Assembly: GCA_050084515.1 (NCBI GenBank)
Contig: CM114271.1
Span: forward strand, 18,786,001-18,850,000
DNA from: Blasia pusilla
Lineage: Eukaryota
Length of the DNA stretch: 64,000 nucleotides
Reading direction: 5' to 3'
Shown one piece after another: positions 61,121 through 64,000 of the stretch. Both the position numbers and the translations under genes were made by a program. The notes under the pieces are model-generated. The model searched no databases. It saw only the letters and a list, made by a program, of their open reading frames with translations, and had not been told where the DNA came from. Each line of letters begins with the position of its first letter. The stretch's first letter is position 1.

Positions 61121-64000
61121 AGGGCATGATATCAGGCAATGTCTCAGGATACCCTGGTGTTAATCTGACCATAGCACCTTTTGATGGGACTAACTATAGA
61201 CATTGGTCATTCCAAATGAAACTCCTTCTTCAGCAGAAGAGACTATGGGAGTTTGTGTCTTCTGAGGTGAAAGACCCAGATGAAATCAAGGATTTTGAAA
61301 ACAAGAATGGTGATGCTTACTCTACCATTTGCCTTCATACAGAGTGGTCTATTGCTGAAACTCTTAGGGATGAGAGTCTAGCTTGGAGGGTTTGGCAAAT
61401 CTTGCAAAATCAGTATGAGAAAGTTGTTGTATGTGAAGGGTTACAACTCTGGCGAGATTTCAGAACCATTGAGTTTGAGGAGGGTCAGAGCATGCAAGCG
61501 CATGTGGTACAGGTTCGAGCCATGTAGCTGAAGGTGAAAGCTGCACTACAGCTTGACTTTGAAGGTAAGAATTCCATCTTGCACTTCCTGGGGACATTAC
61601 CTCCTAGGTTTAATACCATCATCAAAATCCTTCACAACAAGGATGCAGAGCTGTCTTGGGAATACGTCACAACACAAATCATTCGAGAGGATGAAGAATG
61701 GAAGAAAGATCAAGAGGCAGATTCAGCTCTGTTAAGTTCAAACCTGCAAGGTGGACTCCTAATGAGAGGAGAGACACAAAAACAGATACACGAATCTGTT
61801 ACACTTGCAGGGAAAAGGGACATCTATCTCCTCAGTGTCCCAAGAATAAGAACTACAAGATGAAGAAATTCATCAAGAGATCTCACAAGGAGGGTGCAAT
61901 GATTGCTGAGCATGTTGCTGATGCAAATTACTCAGAATGGGGGTTAGTTACCAGCAAGGAGGCCACTCTCAAAAGTAAAGGTTGGTTTCTCGATTCTGGA
62001 GCTACTGCTCACATTTGCTATGACAAAGATCTTTTTTGTGAGTTTCATCCTGTGTCAAGTGCACAGTATGATGTTAAACAATGTCCTTTACGTACCAGAG
62101 TTCACAAAGAACTTGGTATCTGTGCATCAGCTTACAGAGAAAGGCATTCTTGTATTATTCCTTGACAAAAGATGCATCCTTCAAAAGGGAGAAGAAGTTC
62201 TCTGCCAGGGTGTGGCAGAAGACAAATTGTTTCGATTGGTGGAAACAACAAAAGTTGAAGCGATGGTGGCTGCTGATGCCATGGTAGCTGAAAACTCCAA
62301 CAACATGAAACTGTGGCATCTTCGACTCGGCCATTTATCAGAGATCAACCTTCGTTCTCTACAGAAGATGGTGGAAGGGTTAAAACTACATGCTGATGGT
62401 AGATTGGACTTTTGTAGAGCATGTGCTGAGGGTAAATCTCACAAATTGTCATTTCCCAAGAAATCTTTGAGTAGATCAACAGGCCTTCTAGATCTCATCC
62501 ACTCAGATGTTTGGGGTTACATGACACAGAAGTCTCTAGGAGGAGCTGCTTGGTATGTGTCCTTTGTGGATGATTATAGCAGAAAAAGCTTTGTGTATCT
62601 GATGAAACACAAAGGTGAGGTTCTTGATAAGTTCAAGAACTTTGTGGCAATGGTGGAGCTACAGACAGGAAGAAAAGTGAAGAAAATTCGCTCAGATGGA
62701 GGCAAGGAGTACAGGAACAAAGAGTTCTCCTCCTTTTTGCAACAAAAGGATTTTGGCTGATGTCACAGCCAGAGACAGTCCCTCTCAGAATGGAGTAGCA
62801 GAGAGACTAAACAGAACTCTGTCAGAGAAGGCGTTGAGCATGCTCCAGCATGCAAATCTCAGGAAAAGCTTTTGGGAGCTGCAATCAAGACTGCAAACTT
62901 TCTGAGGAATGTAAGTCCTACTAGTGCTTTGAATGGGATGACTCCAGAAGAATGCTGGAGTGGTAAGAAGCCAGATATCTCCCACCTGAGAGTCTTTGGT
63001 TGTCCAGCTTACGTACATATCCCAAAGGAGCAAAGATCAAAATTCAGTAAGAAGGCTGAAAAGCTCATCTTTGTAGGATATGAGACTGGCTTGAAGGGAT
63101 ATGTTCTCTACAATCCAAAGACTGGACAGTGTGTCACAAGTAGAGATGTGCAGTTTGATGAAACCTGGGAAGGAGATCAGAAGAAAATTTCTGAAGTAGA
63201 GGGTGAATCATCATCACAACCGCAAATTACTTTTCATGCAGGAACTCCAACAACTGATCTAGAAAGAGATGCAGATCAAACCTCGAGACCATCTCGTGGA
63301 GAATTCCGTTCAGAAAATCTGAAGGTATATGTCAGGAGAAAGCAGAAAGTTGTCCAAACTGAGGAGAATCATCAGGAATCCAACTTTCAGCCTGCTGAAG
63401 TACCAGGTACCTCTGAAGATGCACAAACTGAAGAAGTGGCAGAGACATTGCCAAGGAGATCCGGAAGAACGAGAACACCTATTGACAGGTTGGGAGTTCA
63501 TCATGAGAAACAGGCTCACTCCTCAGTGGATGAAGAAGCTTGTCTTACTATGGATGGAGAGGATGAACCTCAAACACTTGCACAGGCTATGAGTAGACCT
63601 GATTGGAGCAAGTGGGAGATTGCCATTGATCAAGAGAAAAAGTCTCTTGCAAAGAATGGCACATGGGAGTGGACTGATCTTCCCAAAGAGAGGAGATCCA
63701 TTGGTTGCAAATGGGTTTTCAAGATCAAGAGAGGAGCTAACAATGAAGTGGTGAAGTACAAAGCTCGTCTTGTAGCAAAGGGTTTCAATCAGCAAGCTGA
63801 AGTTGATTATACAGAGACCTTTGCTCCTGTAGTACGGTATGGTTCCATAAGGTTGCTTTTAGCTCTAGCTGCTGAAGAAGATTGGGAGGTGGAGCAATTA
63901 GATGTGGAGACTGCTTTTCTGAATGGAGACCTGAAGGAAACCATCTACATGGATGTTCCAGATGGGTATGGTGGACATAGGGGCAATGCATGTTTGTTGA

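Larger units (their letters stand above)
60471..64000 (+). mobile_element. Ty1/Copia LTR retrotransposon in a TPC1 intron (antisense), disrupted, runs off the window
   Basis: 5' LTR 60471-61106, then gag (FDGTNYRHWSFQMKLLL), zinc knuckle CYTCREKGHLSPQC, protease WFLDSGATAHIC, LWHLRLGH..CRAC, integrase HSDVWG/FVDDYSR/IRSDGG/QNGVAER, and RT from ~63650 (CKWVFKIK..YKARLVAKGF..QLDVETAFLNG). Copia domain order; stop at 61525-61527 and several frameshifts. Confidence 0.95.

Overview
Eukaryotic, intron-containing land-plant nuclear DNA, probably from a bryophyte (inferred from the Copia element's half-tRNA-Met-type PBS; not proven). From left to right it holds: a decayed PIF/Harbinger transposon carrying a captured ETO1 fragment (1-4163); a small plastid 23S rRNA fragment; a long hairpin; the ESF1 gene (minus); a ~26 kb nest of three related Ty3/Gypsy-like retrotransposons plus two solo LTRs (12983-39280); a trihelix (ASR3-like) gene (minus); a probable tiny Helitron; the 3' part of a multi-exon TPC1 gene (minus); and a Ty1/Copia element in a TPC1 intron that runs off the window. 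The nested family is the main result. All three copies carry a DNMT3-like C5 cytosine methyltransferase in the polyprotein between protease and RT, and the two copies that retain a 3' end finish with an integrase-PHD fusion (gag-PR-DNMT-RT-RH-IN-PHD). The one complete copy, bounded by a target-site duplication (TSD), has split-repeat termini (B ... PPT-A-B-A) with an internal CA-NN-TG end-to-end junction instead of two ordinary LTRs. All transposon ORFs are disrupted. Family calls come from motif recognition by eye; no searches were run.
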